From Candidatus Saccharimonadota bacterium (lineage in GTDB: Bacteria; Patescibacteriota; Saccharimonadia; Saccharimonadales; UBA4665): a stretch of DNA of 32,000 nt. How positions within the stretch are numbered: position 1 is the stretch's first letter; each line of letters opens with the position of its first letter. Location: NCBI GenBank assembly GCA_002952755.1, contig CP025011.1, positions 720,001 to 752,000 of the forward strand, in the 5' to 3' direction. This document shows, in pieces, positions 23,042 to 30,833 of the stretch. Made by a program: the position numbers and the translations under genes. Under the pieces are notes generated by a model that was not told the DNA's origin, made no database searches, and saw only the letters and a list, made by a program, of their open reading frames with translations.

Positions 23042-25078
23042 ATGCTAATCGCGAACGATCTGACGGCTATAAAAGGTGTGGGGCCGGAGCTCGCACGCAA
23101 GTTCGGCATACTCGGCATCCATAGTATTCAAGATCTGATTATGCATTTTCCGCGGCGCTACGAAGACTATTCGACGCTTACGCCTATTCGGCATATGCGG
23201 CCAGGGCAGGTAAGTGTCCAGGCAGTTATTACACAAGTAAGCGGCCGCTATGTCCGTCGAGGCATGCATATTACTGAAGCTGTCGCCTCGGACGCAAGCG
23301 ACAGTGTGCGCCTTATTTGGTTCAACCAGCCGTACCGGGCTGGGGCACTCAAGATAGGACGGGAGTATTTTATTTCTGGTAATTACGCGCTGAGCCGCCA
23401 ACGATTTGCCATCATGAACCCAAGCGCCGAGCTGGTAAGCGATTTCCCGATTAGCACTGCACGCATTGTACCCATCTACCGCGAAACAAAAGGTTTGACG
23501 AGCGTGCAGATCCGTCGTGTGTTGCGCGAGATTGTTCCTCGGCTCCGTGCGGTTCCGGAGTCGCTTCCGCCGTGGCTCGTAGACGAGCAGCAGCTTATGC
23601 CGTATGCTGCCGCCCTCGAGACTATCCATTTTCCTGAAACGAGCAATATGCTGGAGATGGCTAAAAAACGATTGGCCTTCCAGGAGGTGTTTGAACTAAG
23701 CCTGGCTGCCCTGCTCAACAAATACGAATTATTACAGGATACGTCACTGGCAATCTCCTTTAACGAAGCGTTGGCGCGCCAATTTGTTGGCCATCTGCCA
23801 TTTACGCTCACTGACGCCCAGCGCAAAGTCGTGTGGCGCATTTACCAGGATATGCAAAAAACGCAGCCCATGAATCGACTAGTAGAAGGTGATGTTGGCT
23901 CGGGTAAAACGGTAGTTGCCACTATGGCCGCCTTGATGCCGCTTAGCGAAGGTTATCAGGTGGCGCTTATGGCACCTACCGAGCTGCTTGCCCGCCAGCA
24001 CGCTGATACGATCTACAAACTTCTTACCCCTCTAGGGATGCACGACAAGCTTGCCCTACTAGTCGGTGGTATGAAAGTGGTAGAAAAAGACCGTGCGCGG
24101 GAAGCAATTGCCTCCGGCGTCGCCCAACTCATTGTTGGTACCCAAGCACTCATTCAGGAAAAAGTCGATATGTATAATCTGGCGCTGGTAGTCATTGATG
24201 AGCAGCATCGCTTTGGTGTTGAGCAGCGCAAAAAATTAATGTCTAAGGCTGGACACATGCCGCACTTGCTGAGTCTCACTGCTACTCCTATTCCACGTTC
24301 GCTGGCGCTGACCTTATACGGCGAACTGGATGTCTCGTTGCTTGATGCAAAGCCGCCCGGGCGACTGCCGATTATCACCGAAATCTGTTCGCCGAATTCC
24401 CGGGCACAACTTAACAAGAAGATCGAGCAAGAACTTATTGCCGGCCGCCAAATGTTCGTGGTGTGCCCACTTATTACCGAATCTACTACCAGCAAGGCAA
24501 ATGCTGCCGAAAAAATATATGAGCAGTTTCGCACCAAAGACTTCAATAAGTGGCGCGTTGGCTTGCTACACGGCAAGATGAAACCGGCCGAAAAGAACGA
24601 TGTCATGCAAGCGTTCGTCGACCACAGGCTGGATATTCTCGTGAGCACTACTGTCATCGAAGTGGGGGTTGATGTGCCAAACGCTTCAGTAATGCTCATC
24701 GAAGCGGCAGATCGTTTTGGCTTAGCGCAAATACATCAACTACGAGGGCGGGTTGGGCGTGGCGGTCAGCAGGGCTATTGCTATTTAATGATGAGCGACT
24801 CTAGCAAGCCCCCGCGTCGGCTCGCAGCTCTAGAGCGCAGCAATGACGGCTTTAAGCTCGCCGAGTTAGACCTGGAGCTGCGCGGCCCGGGAGCTATCTA
24901 TGGCACCATGCAACATGGCGCGCTGGATCTGCAAGTTGCCAAACTAACCGACATCCACTTGATTGCTGCCGCCCGCCAGGCGGCGGAACAATTTATCGCT
25001 AGAGACGAAGATTTGTTACAATATACGCAGCTGTTCGAACGGGTCACGCAGTTGCGGGCCGTAACTAACCTAAACTAA
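23042..25078 (+). CDS. recG: ATP-dependent DNA helicase RecG
   Basis: N-terminal wedge/OB region. Helicase motifs GDVGSGKT, DEQHRFG, TATPIPR and QLRGRVGRG. Confidence 0.95.
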   Translation: MLIANDLTAIKGVGPELARKFGILGIHSIQDLIMHFPRRYEDYSTLTPIRHMRPGQVSVQAVITQVSGRYVRRGMHITEAVASDASDSVRLIWFNQPYRAGALKIGREYFISGNYALSRQRFAIMNPSAELVSDFPISTARIVPIYRETKGLTSVQIRRVLREIVPRLRAVPESLPPWLVDEQQLMPYAAALETIHFPETSNMLEMAKKRLAFQEVFELSLAALLNKYELLQDTSLAISFNEALARQFVGHLPFTLTDAQRKVVWRIYQDMQKTQPMNRLVEGDVGSGKTVVATMAALMPLSEGYQVALMAPTELLARQHADTIYKLLTPLGMHDKLALLVGGMKVVEKDRAREAIASGVAQLIVGTQALIQEKVDMYNLALVVIDEQHRFGVEQRKKLMSKAGHMPHLLSLTATPIPRSLALTLYGELDVSLLDAKPPGRLPIITEICSPNSRAQLNKKIEQELIAGRQMFVVCPLITESTTSKANAAEKIYEQFRTKDFNKWRVGLLHGKMKPAEKNDVMQAFVDHRLDILVSTTVIEVGVDVPNASVMLIEAADRFGLAQIHQLRGRVGRGGQQGYCYLMMSDSSKPPRRLAALERSNDGFKLAELDLELRGPGAIYGTMQHGALDLQVAKLTDIHLIAAARQAAEQFIARDEDLLQYTQLFERVTQLRAVTNLN

Positions 25079-25084
25079 GGAACC

Positions 25085-25909
25085 ATGTACTCTGGTACCA
25101 CATTAACGCCTTTATCAGGCCGCGTCCTTGGCGCACATCAGAAGATCGATCGCTTGGCGCGCACATCTCTCAAAGCATTTTTGAGCAAGAATAACTTATT
25201 CCCTTCGAGTAAACTCATCTTACATTTTGAGGGTATCAATGGCCCCGATGCCATCAAACGCAAAAGCCCAGCTCACGACGAGCCATGGCACTTTTATACA
25301 CCCTTCAACGATGACGATCACGAACTACCGCACATTATCGGCGGCCACTACGACGCGCTAGTTGTAGCGTTAATCGCCAAAGACGAAACCCGCGCCGCTT
25401 TTGAGGCGTCGTGGCTGGCTCATGCCATTGTCGATGGCCTCACGCCCGCACACCACTATCCGTACGAAGCTAAGTTGGAGGAGCTGCGTGGCGAAAGTAT
25501 GGAAACTCGTAATACCATTAAGGACAAATTGCTACTTCCTGGTGAAACACGGCGTCAGCAGGTGAGTAACAACTGGAAAATGTGGGGTCCAAAAGGTTTG
25601 TTTGTCTCGCATAGTATGTTTGAGTTTGGTGTGGCGATCCTTGCTTTACCAATGTCGACTGAACGTGCCATTCCCACCGAAGAAGATATCATCGAGTTAC
25701 ACGAATATGGGGTACTGGAACTGTTCCGGCGCAAAGCGAAAGAGATTGCTGCGTTGGGCATGTATGATCGGTACCAAAAGTTGGGTTGGACACCTGCACT
25801 GGCTATGGAAACCCGCCAGAAACTCCTGCCGGTCATTATTAGGATGGTTATCCTGGCGTGGTATGGTGCGTCGATTGATGCCGGGATCGCAAAAGAAGGC
25901 AGAGCGTGA
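25085..25909 (+). CDS. Hypothetical protein, possibly of the zinc-dependent phospholipase C / P1-nuclease fold
   Basis: HAIVDGLTPAH (H-x3-D-x5-H with Pro before the last His) resembles the metal-ligand motif HYLGDVNQPMH of Bacillus PC-PLC. Other His/Asp clusters are present (SPAHDEPWH). SD AAGGAA upstream. Its stop overlaps the rsmD start. Confidence 0.6.
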   Translation: MYSGTTLTPLSGRVLGAHQKIDRLARTSLKAFLSKNNLFPSSKLILHFEGINGPDAIKRKSPAHDEPWHFYTPFNDDDHELPHIIGGHYDALVVALIAKDETRAAFEASWLAHAIVDGLTPAHHYPYEAKLEELRGESMETRNTIKDKLLLPGETRRQQVSNNWKMWGPKGLFVSHSMFEFGVAILALPMSTERAIPTEEDIIELHEYGVLELFRRKAKEIAALGMYDRYQKLGWTPALAMETRQKLLPVIIRMVILAWYGASIDAGIAKEGRA

Positions 25910-26436
25910 GAATTATTGCTGGCCGCTTGAAGGGGCGTCAATTTGATTCACCGGGTACTCATCGTACTCATCCTATGAGCGATAAGATGCGCGGTGCCCT
26001 TTTTAACATCCTGGGTGATATAGACGGTTTAACAGTCCTTGATGCGTTTGGCGGCAGCGGAGCACTTAGTTTCGAGGCTCTCAGCCGCGGAGCTAAACAT
26101 GCAACGATTATCGAAAACGATGCATCCGCCACGCGTACCATCGAGCAAAATAGCAGAGAGCTGGGACTTAAGAATAACCTAAAGCTTGTGCACGCGTCGG
26201 CCAATAACTGGCTACTTACAACTACCGGTGCCAAGTTCGACATCGTCATCTGCGACCCGCCTTACGGCGATTTACAGATAAACACGCTGCGCAACCTGGC
26301 AGCGCGCATCACGCGGCCAGGTATTTTCGTATTGTCATATCCTGGTCACGAAGAGCCGCCGTCATTTCCGGAACTAGTTTCTATCAAACAGCAACAGTAT
26401 GGCGATGCTCAGCTTATTTTTTATCGTCACTCATAA
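25906..26436 (+). CDS. rsmD: 16S rRNA (guanine966-N2)-methyltransferase RsmD
   Basis: RIIAGRLKGR, HPMSDKMRGALFNIL, LDAFGGSGALSFEALSRGA and the DPPY catalytic motif. The GTG start overlaps the upstream stop (GTGA). Confidence 0.9.
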   Translation: MRIIAGRLKGRQFDSPGTHRTHPMSDKMRGALFNILGDIDGLTVLDAFGGSGALSFEALSRGAKHATIIENDASATRTIEQNSRELGLKNNLKLVHASANNWLLTTTGAKFDIVICDPPYGDLQINTLRNLAARITRPGIFVLSYPGHEEPPSFPELVSIKQQQYGDAQLIFYRHS

Positions 26437-26484
26437 AACCAGGTGGTAGTTACGCGGAATTGAAGTTATAATATCCCCCAGTGC

Positions 26485-26568
26485 GCGCGAGTGGTGAAAT
26501 GGTAGACACGCTAGTTTTAGGAGCTAGTGCCGTAAGGCGTGGAGGTTCAAGTCCTCTCTCGCGCACCA
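26485..26568 (+). tRNA. tRNA-Leu (anticodon UAG), class II, CCA encoded
   Basis: Hand-folded. Acceptor GCGCGAG/CTCGCGC. D arm GTG/CAC with GG in the loop. Anticodon stem CTAGT/GCTAG with loop TT-TAG-GA. Long variable arm TGCCGTAAGGCGT. T arm GGAGG-TTCAAGT-CCTCT. Discriminator A followed by CCA. Confidence 0.95.
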
Positions 26569-26672
26569 ACATCTGATTCAAGATATAAAAGCTCCCGCAT
26601 AGGGAACGCTTTTTTATTTGATTAGAATTTCTAATCAGTTGCGTGTATTCAAGCTCTCTTAATTGCGATTAT

Positions 26673-26681
26673 TGATACAAT
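26673..26681 (+). promoter_or_regulatory. Extended -10 box (TGaTACAAT) of the cupin gene
   Basis: TGATACAAT lies 8 nt upstream of the ATG at 26690. The identical nonamer precedes hisS. Confidence 0.5.
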
Positions 26682-26689
26682 GGGACATT

Positions 26690-27040
26690 ATGAAAGACAT
26701 CACTGGTAAATTTTCGCTCGATGACGCTATTTTTTTCGATGCAGGCGGCTTTATGGGACAGGAGTATATAACCCGAGAGCAGAAGGCAGGCTTTAATGCG
26801 CTGCTCGTGACCGTGAAGGATCATCATCCTCGTAAACGTATGGTCGGCGCTACCCGATGCTACTTTGTGGTCGAAGGCTCGGGCGTCTTTATATTGGATG
26901 ATCAACCACATGAGGTAAGGATCGGTGACTTATTCGTTATCACGCCAGGGCATGAATACGAATATCACGGCACTATGAAGCTATTTGAGGTCAACGTATC
27001 TCCAGATAATACTTTCAAGGATGAAATTTTGGGGCAATAG
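26690..27040 (+). CDS. Cupin-domain protein
   Basis: Cupin beta-barrel pattern CYFVVEGSGVFILDDQPHEVRIGDLFVITPGHEYEYHG. Start set to the ATG at 26690; the track start at 26663 is a TTG upstream of the -10 box. Confidence 0.75.
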   Translation: MKDITGKFSLDDAIFFDAGGFMGQEYITREQKAGFNALLVTVKDHHPRKRMVGATRCYFVVEGSGVFILDDQPHEVRIGDLFVITPGHEYEYHGTMKLFEVNVSPDNTFKDEILGQ

Positions 27041-27188
27041 GGTACTCATATCCGGCCAAGTCATCATCGATCACAATTTCTCCGCCACGATATACAAAGT
27101 CAAGCGTAACAAGGAATTAGTATAGTAACTTACTGGCAGCACATATATGCTGTGAAAAGGCAATAATTATGCTAAAATTAACGTAATT

Positions 27189-27722
27189 ATGTGTAGAGAA
27201 TCCGATGCAGTCTCACGGTTACGAACACTATCAGATGATCTTCTAGATCTCCATATTGCCATGGAACGTCAGGGCCATCATGGGCATCATACCTATGGTC
27301 GCCTGATGAACTACGCTGGCAGCTCATTGCTGGTACTCGCCAAATCATATGGTCCTCAGGCGGTGCTTGTAGAATTTGTAAAGCCAGACATGCCCGAGGA
27401 CAGTGTGCTAGAAGATCGGGTAGTATATCTGCCGGTGAGTAGGGATGAGGTTCATGTGCTGGGTTCAACTCGCCGTCCAGATGTTACTATGACCGCCTTG
27501 ACTCAAGAAGTGTACGGTAAAACATTTGAGCGAGAGCCTGTATCGGTCGACAGGGAGAGAGTAGGCATAGAGGAAATAGATTTTGTTGTCGATTTTTTCC
27601 GCCACCCCGCTAATGATGTGCTACTTTCCCGATATAGCCCCAAAGGCATTGGGGAAAGATTAGGATACGTAGAAACTGTCGATCTTGGCAACCTGCCGCT
27701 CCCACATTTAAAAGACGACTAG
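27189..27722 (+). CDS. Hypothetical protein (no recognisable domain)
   Basis: 177-aa ORF. TGcTAAAAT (27170-27178) lies 10 nt upstream of the ATG. His-rich patch QGHHGHH. Confidence 0.5.
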   Translation: MCRESDAVSRLRTLSDDLLDLHIAMERQGHHGHHTYGRLMNYAGSSLLVLAKSYGPQAVLVEFVKPDMPEDSVLEDRVVYLPVSRDEVHVLGSTRRPDVTMTALTQEVYGKTFEREPVSVDRERVGIEEIDFVVDFFRHPANDVLLSRYSPKGIGERLGYVETVDLGNLPLPHLKDD

Positions 27723-27989
27723 CCTCATGACGTCCGTTGGCTCAAGTTGTGTACCCGAATATATCAGGGGACGCTCCTGTGGACGGACAGGTTTATGCGG
27801 ACTGAGGTATCGCCCCAGTCGCATCTGCTATATCGGGCATCATCGGTAGGTGGTCGGATGGGCCACGCCTGCTAAGATTTGTGGAGTCTTCCAATAGCTC
27901 CCGGGTGGCCTGAGTACCCCTTTTCAGCTTGTCGAAAAAAGTTATCTTAACGTCTGTAATGGTGCACCATGTGATAATTACAAATATGT

Positions 27990-28024
27990 AAAAAGACGTC
28001 CAATCTTTGGCGTCTTTTTATTTT
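27990..28024 (+). terminator. Rho-independent (bidirectional-type) terminator
   Basis: AAAAAGACGTC (27990-28000) pairs with GGCGTCTTTTT (28009-28019), 11 bp including one G-U, around an 8-nt loop, followed by ATTTT. It lies about 270 nt after the nearest upstream stop codon. Confidence 0.7.
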
Positions 28025-28108
28025 GAGTGCTAAGAGGCGACAGAGTATAGGTGTCCAGGCTAAAGAATAGTTATTTACTATAAGTGTGCGTTATGGTACA
28101 CCAAGGTT

Positions 28109-29101
28109 ATGAGTATTACTGCAGAACTAGGGGTGGTTCATGCGGAGCAAGAAGGTAGATTACATGATCATGCGTACGACATCTTACGTCGATCTTTGGG
28201 GGCTGCAGGTGAGTTTGAGGATTATTCTCAGGCGCAGGCCATGCATCTCGTGGGGAAACTTCGCGATTTTTTCTTAGAAGAATTTGACGCCCTACCTGAG
28301 TCCCGCTTGGCTGAGATGCGGAAAATCAGTGAGGTTGCCATGCGTTATGCCGCGGGCGAATCGATACCATCTATAGCTGATGATATGTACAGAGGTGCCC
28401 CGCGTAGAGTTCACTTTGATATAGGAACAATGACCTCCAGAATCTTTAGGAGAAACCAGGACGGCTACGGAGGGAATCTCCTCCAAGCTCTTACGGAAGA
28501 GCCACTTGAGCGGAATGACTTCGATCCAAGTCGGATCGAAAAACCGCAGCCTACTACCTTCGGGCTGGTGGCTCCAAAATCATCAATTGTCACGACTGCC
28601 GCACCAAAACGCGAGACTACCGACTCTTGCGTTGTCTCAGCAAGCAAAAAACAAGTCCAAACGACTACTCAGCGTATAACCCCTCCTACGTTGGAAGCGC
28701 CCCAGCCACTTACCAGCCATCAGCTTATACTCGCAAAAGCCATACTGTACTTGTGTAATGACAATGGAAAGTTCGACGTAAGAGGTGCAAAGTGTATCAC
28801 GGATCCCGAGGCTATGTATGTCGAAGGAGCAGCGCAGAACAAGGCAAAAATGATCTGCATGGCATGCCCCATTATAGCAACATGCTTAGCAGATGCCCTC
28901 TTAAGTGAATACGCTGAGGGGTACAGCTATGGAGTCCGAGGTGGTATGACAGCCCGCCAGCGCAGGAAATTCTTAAAAATGACAAGAGAGCCAAAGGCCT
29001 TTGCCGAAGAAATCTTGTCTGGCCGACTATCGGCAACGTCCGATACTTCTAAAGCAATCGATGGGCAACTTAAGTCGACTAGCCATATGTTTCGTGCGTG
29101 A
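28109..29101 (+). CDS. WhiB-like (Wbl) Fe-S domain protein with a long N-terminal extension
   Basis: The C-terminal region C-ITDPEAMYVEGAAQNKAKMI-C-MA-C-PIIAT-C-LADALLSEYAEGYSYGVRGGMTARQRR has the Wbl pattern C-Xn-C-X2-C-X5-C plus a G[VI]WGG-like turn (GVRGG) and a basic tail. About 230 N-terminal residues have no clear family; RYAAGESIPSIADDM loosely resembles a sigma region 4 / LuxR HTH. Confidence 0.8.
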   Translation: MSITAELGVVHAEQEGRLHDHAYDILRRSLGAAGEFEDYSQAQAMHLVGKLRDFFLEEFDALPESRLAEMRKISEVAMRYAAGESIPSIADDMYRGAPRRVHFDIGTMTSRIFRRNQDGYGGNLLQALTEEPLERNDFDPSRIEKPQPTTFGLVAPKSSIVTTAAPKRETTDSCVVSASKKQVQTTTQRITPPTLEAPQPLTSHQLILAKAILYLCNDNGKFDVRGAKCITDPEAMYVEGAAQNKAKMICMACPIIATCLADALLSEYAEGYSYGVRGGMTARQRRKFLKMTREPKAFAEEILSGRLSATSDTSKAIDGQLKSTSHMFRA

Positions 29102-29422
29102 ACCAACCTCAAATAGTGTTAACGCTTAGCCTTCAAGGAGGAACTAACTAGGTCAGGTAAGACGTGAGATCACTAGTGGTCAATTTCTAGTTTGCAGACT
29201 GCCCACTGCATGATCATACGGCTAGTAAGTATCGTATGTCATAAGCGGATGTGCTCCGTTCGGGAAGCTGCCAGCCTTCTGTACCTAGTGCGCTGATCAC
29301 TAATGATAGAAATCTACCTACCCGAGAACGCTAAACGGCAAGCCGAAATCGTTCGCCAGGATTGTAGCGATTAGACCAGTATCGGGCAAGTGAGGAGAGG
29401 CTATAAATATATGCTTATTATC

Positions 29423-29431
29423 TGATACAAT
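29423..29431 (+). promoter_or_regulatory. Extended -10 box (TGaTACAAT) of hisS
   Basis: TGATACAAT at 29423-29431. Here a 23-nt gap containing AAAGGAA precedes the ATG at 29455. Confidence 0.5.
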
Positions 29432-29454
29432 CTAGCTAAAGGAACCGAAGAGAC

Positions 29455-30765
29455 ATGGCACTATCTACCCAACCTTATAAAGGCGCGCGCGATTTTTATC
29501 CTGCTGATAAGCGCCTGCAGAAGTATATGTTTGATATTATGCGCAAGGTGAGCGAGTCGTTTGGGTACGAAGAATACGATGCGCCAATTATTGAATCTCT
29601 GGACCTCTATCTGGCTAAAACCGGCGAAGAGATCGTGAACGAGCAAACCTACACTTTTACTGATCGCGGCGGCAGGCAAGTAGTTATCCGGCCTGAAATG
29701 ACACCTACGGTAAGTCGTATGGTAGCGGCTAAACGGCAAGAATTGGCTTATCCGCTGCGTTGGTATTCTATTCCTAACCTCTGGCGATATGAGCGGCCAC
29801 AGCGTGGACGGTTGCGCGAGCACTGGCAGCTTAATGTCGACATTTTTGGTGTCGATAATTTGCTGGCTGAAGCCGAAGTGATTCAGGTAGCCGACGGCAT
29901 ACTAAAAGCCGCGGGGGCCACGCACGACATGTATACCATTCACCTAAATAGCCGCAAGCTGATGGATTTTATCTTCAGAGAATATTTGGCGCTTGATGGT
30001 GTGCAGGCGCACACTGTCGCTAAGCTCATCGACCGCATGCATAAAATGCCTCCGGCGGCATTTGCGGCAGAAGTGGATGCTGTATTTACGCCCACACAGC
30101 GGGACGAAGGTGCGAGCGACAAGCTCATTGATCTACTACAGACCAAGAGTATTGCACGCTTACCGGAAGTTGTACGTCAGGATAGTTCGGCGCTTGAGTT
30201 GCAACAGTTGCTTCAGGTGCTGAGCAATGCTCGCATTACAAATGTCATGTTCGACCTCACGGTGATGCGTGGGTTTGACTACTATACGGGCATCGTCTTC
30301 GAAATCTTCGATGAGAATCCTGATAATAACCGTTCGATGCTGGGTGGTGGTCGCTATGATGGATTGGTGGGACTGTTTGGTGTAGAGCCTGTGCCGACAG
30401 TAGGTTTTGGTTTTGGTGACGTCACTTTACAGAATTTTATCGAAGGGCACAAACTCTTGCCGCCACCGCGTCCTGATACCGACTTATATGTGGTGCTCAT
30501 TGGCAACGTCTTTACCGAAGCACAGAAAATTGTCGCTGATATGCGCGAAGCTGGTGTGAATGTGGCTATCGATATCAGCGGTGCCAAACCGGATAAGCAG
30601 CTGAAGACTGCTGTCAAGAAAGCTATTCACTACGTGATGTTTGTCGGGGAAAAAGATTTACGCGACGAACAGTATGAAATCAAAAATCTCACGACCGGCA
30701 TCTCCGAGCGTCACAGCGCTGCCCGTATTGTGAGTATCGTCAAAGATTACCGCGGCGACGAGTAG
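29455..30765 (+). CDS. hisS: Histidine--tRNA ligase
   Basis: Class II motifs: RDFYP, RPEMTPTVSRM, RWYSIPNLWRYERPQRGRLREHWQLNVDIFG and GGGRYDGL. C-terminal anticodon-binding domain. Confidence 0.92.
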   Translation: MALSTQPYKGARDFYPADKRLQKYMFDIMRKVSESFGYEEYDAPIIESLDLYLAKTGEEIVNEQTYTFTDRGGRQVVIRPEMTPTVSRMVAAKRQELAYPLRWYSIPNLWRYERPQRGRLREHWQLNVDIFGVDNLLAEAEVIQVADGILKAAGATHDMYTIHLNSRKLMDFIFREYLALDGVQAHTVAKLIDRMHKMPPAAFAAEVDAVFTPTQRDEGASDKLIDLLQTKSIARLPEVVRQDSSALELQQLLQVLSNARITNVMFDLTVMRGFDYYTGIVFEIFDENPDNNRSMLGGGRYDGLVGLFGVEPVPTVGFGFGDVTLQNFIEGHKLLPPPRPDTDLYVVLIGNVFTEAQKIVADMREAGVNVAIDISGAKPDKQLKTAVKKAIHYVMFVGEKDLRDEQYEIKNLTTGISERHSAARIVSIVKDYRGDE

Positions 30766-30833
30766 CTCTTATTAGCCAGCTGCTCCTTACTGAGTCTGGC
30801 CAAACCGCTTCTAATCTGTTACAGTCAGTCACT

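Noticed and set aside
27041-27140. Minus-strand reading-frame fragment (FLVTLDFVYRGGEIVIDDDLAGYEYPIAPKFHP-stop) that extends leftward across the cupin stop at 27040 into the cupin 3' end
   Set aside because: No start codon, bounded upstream by a stop, about 33 codons, and no recognisable family. It may be a gene remnant but cannot be supported as a feature.
26569-29454. Calling the tRNA-Leu-adjacent segment a prophage or ICE
   Set aside because: No integrase, recombinase or structural phage genes are present, and no repeat of the tRNA 3' end was found by eye. It is reported only as a possible decayed island.
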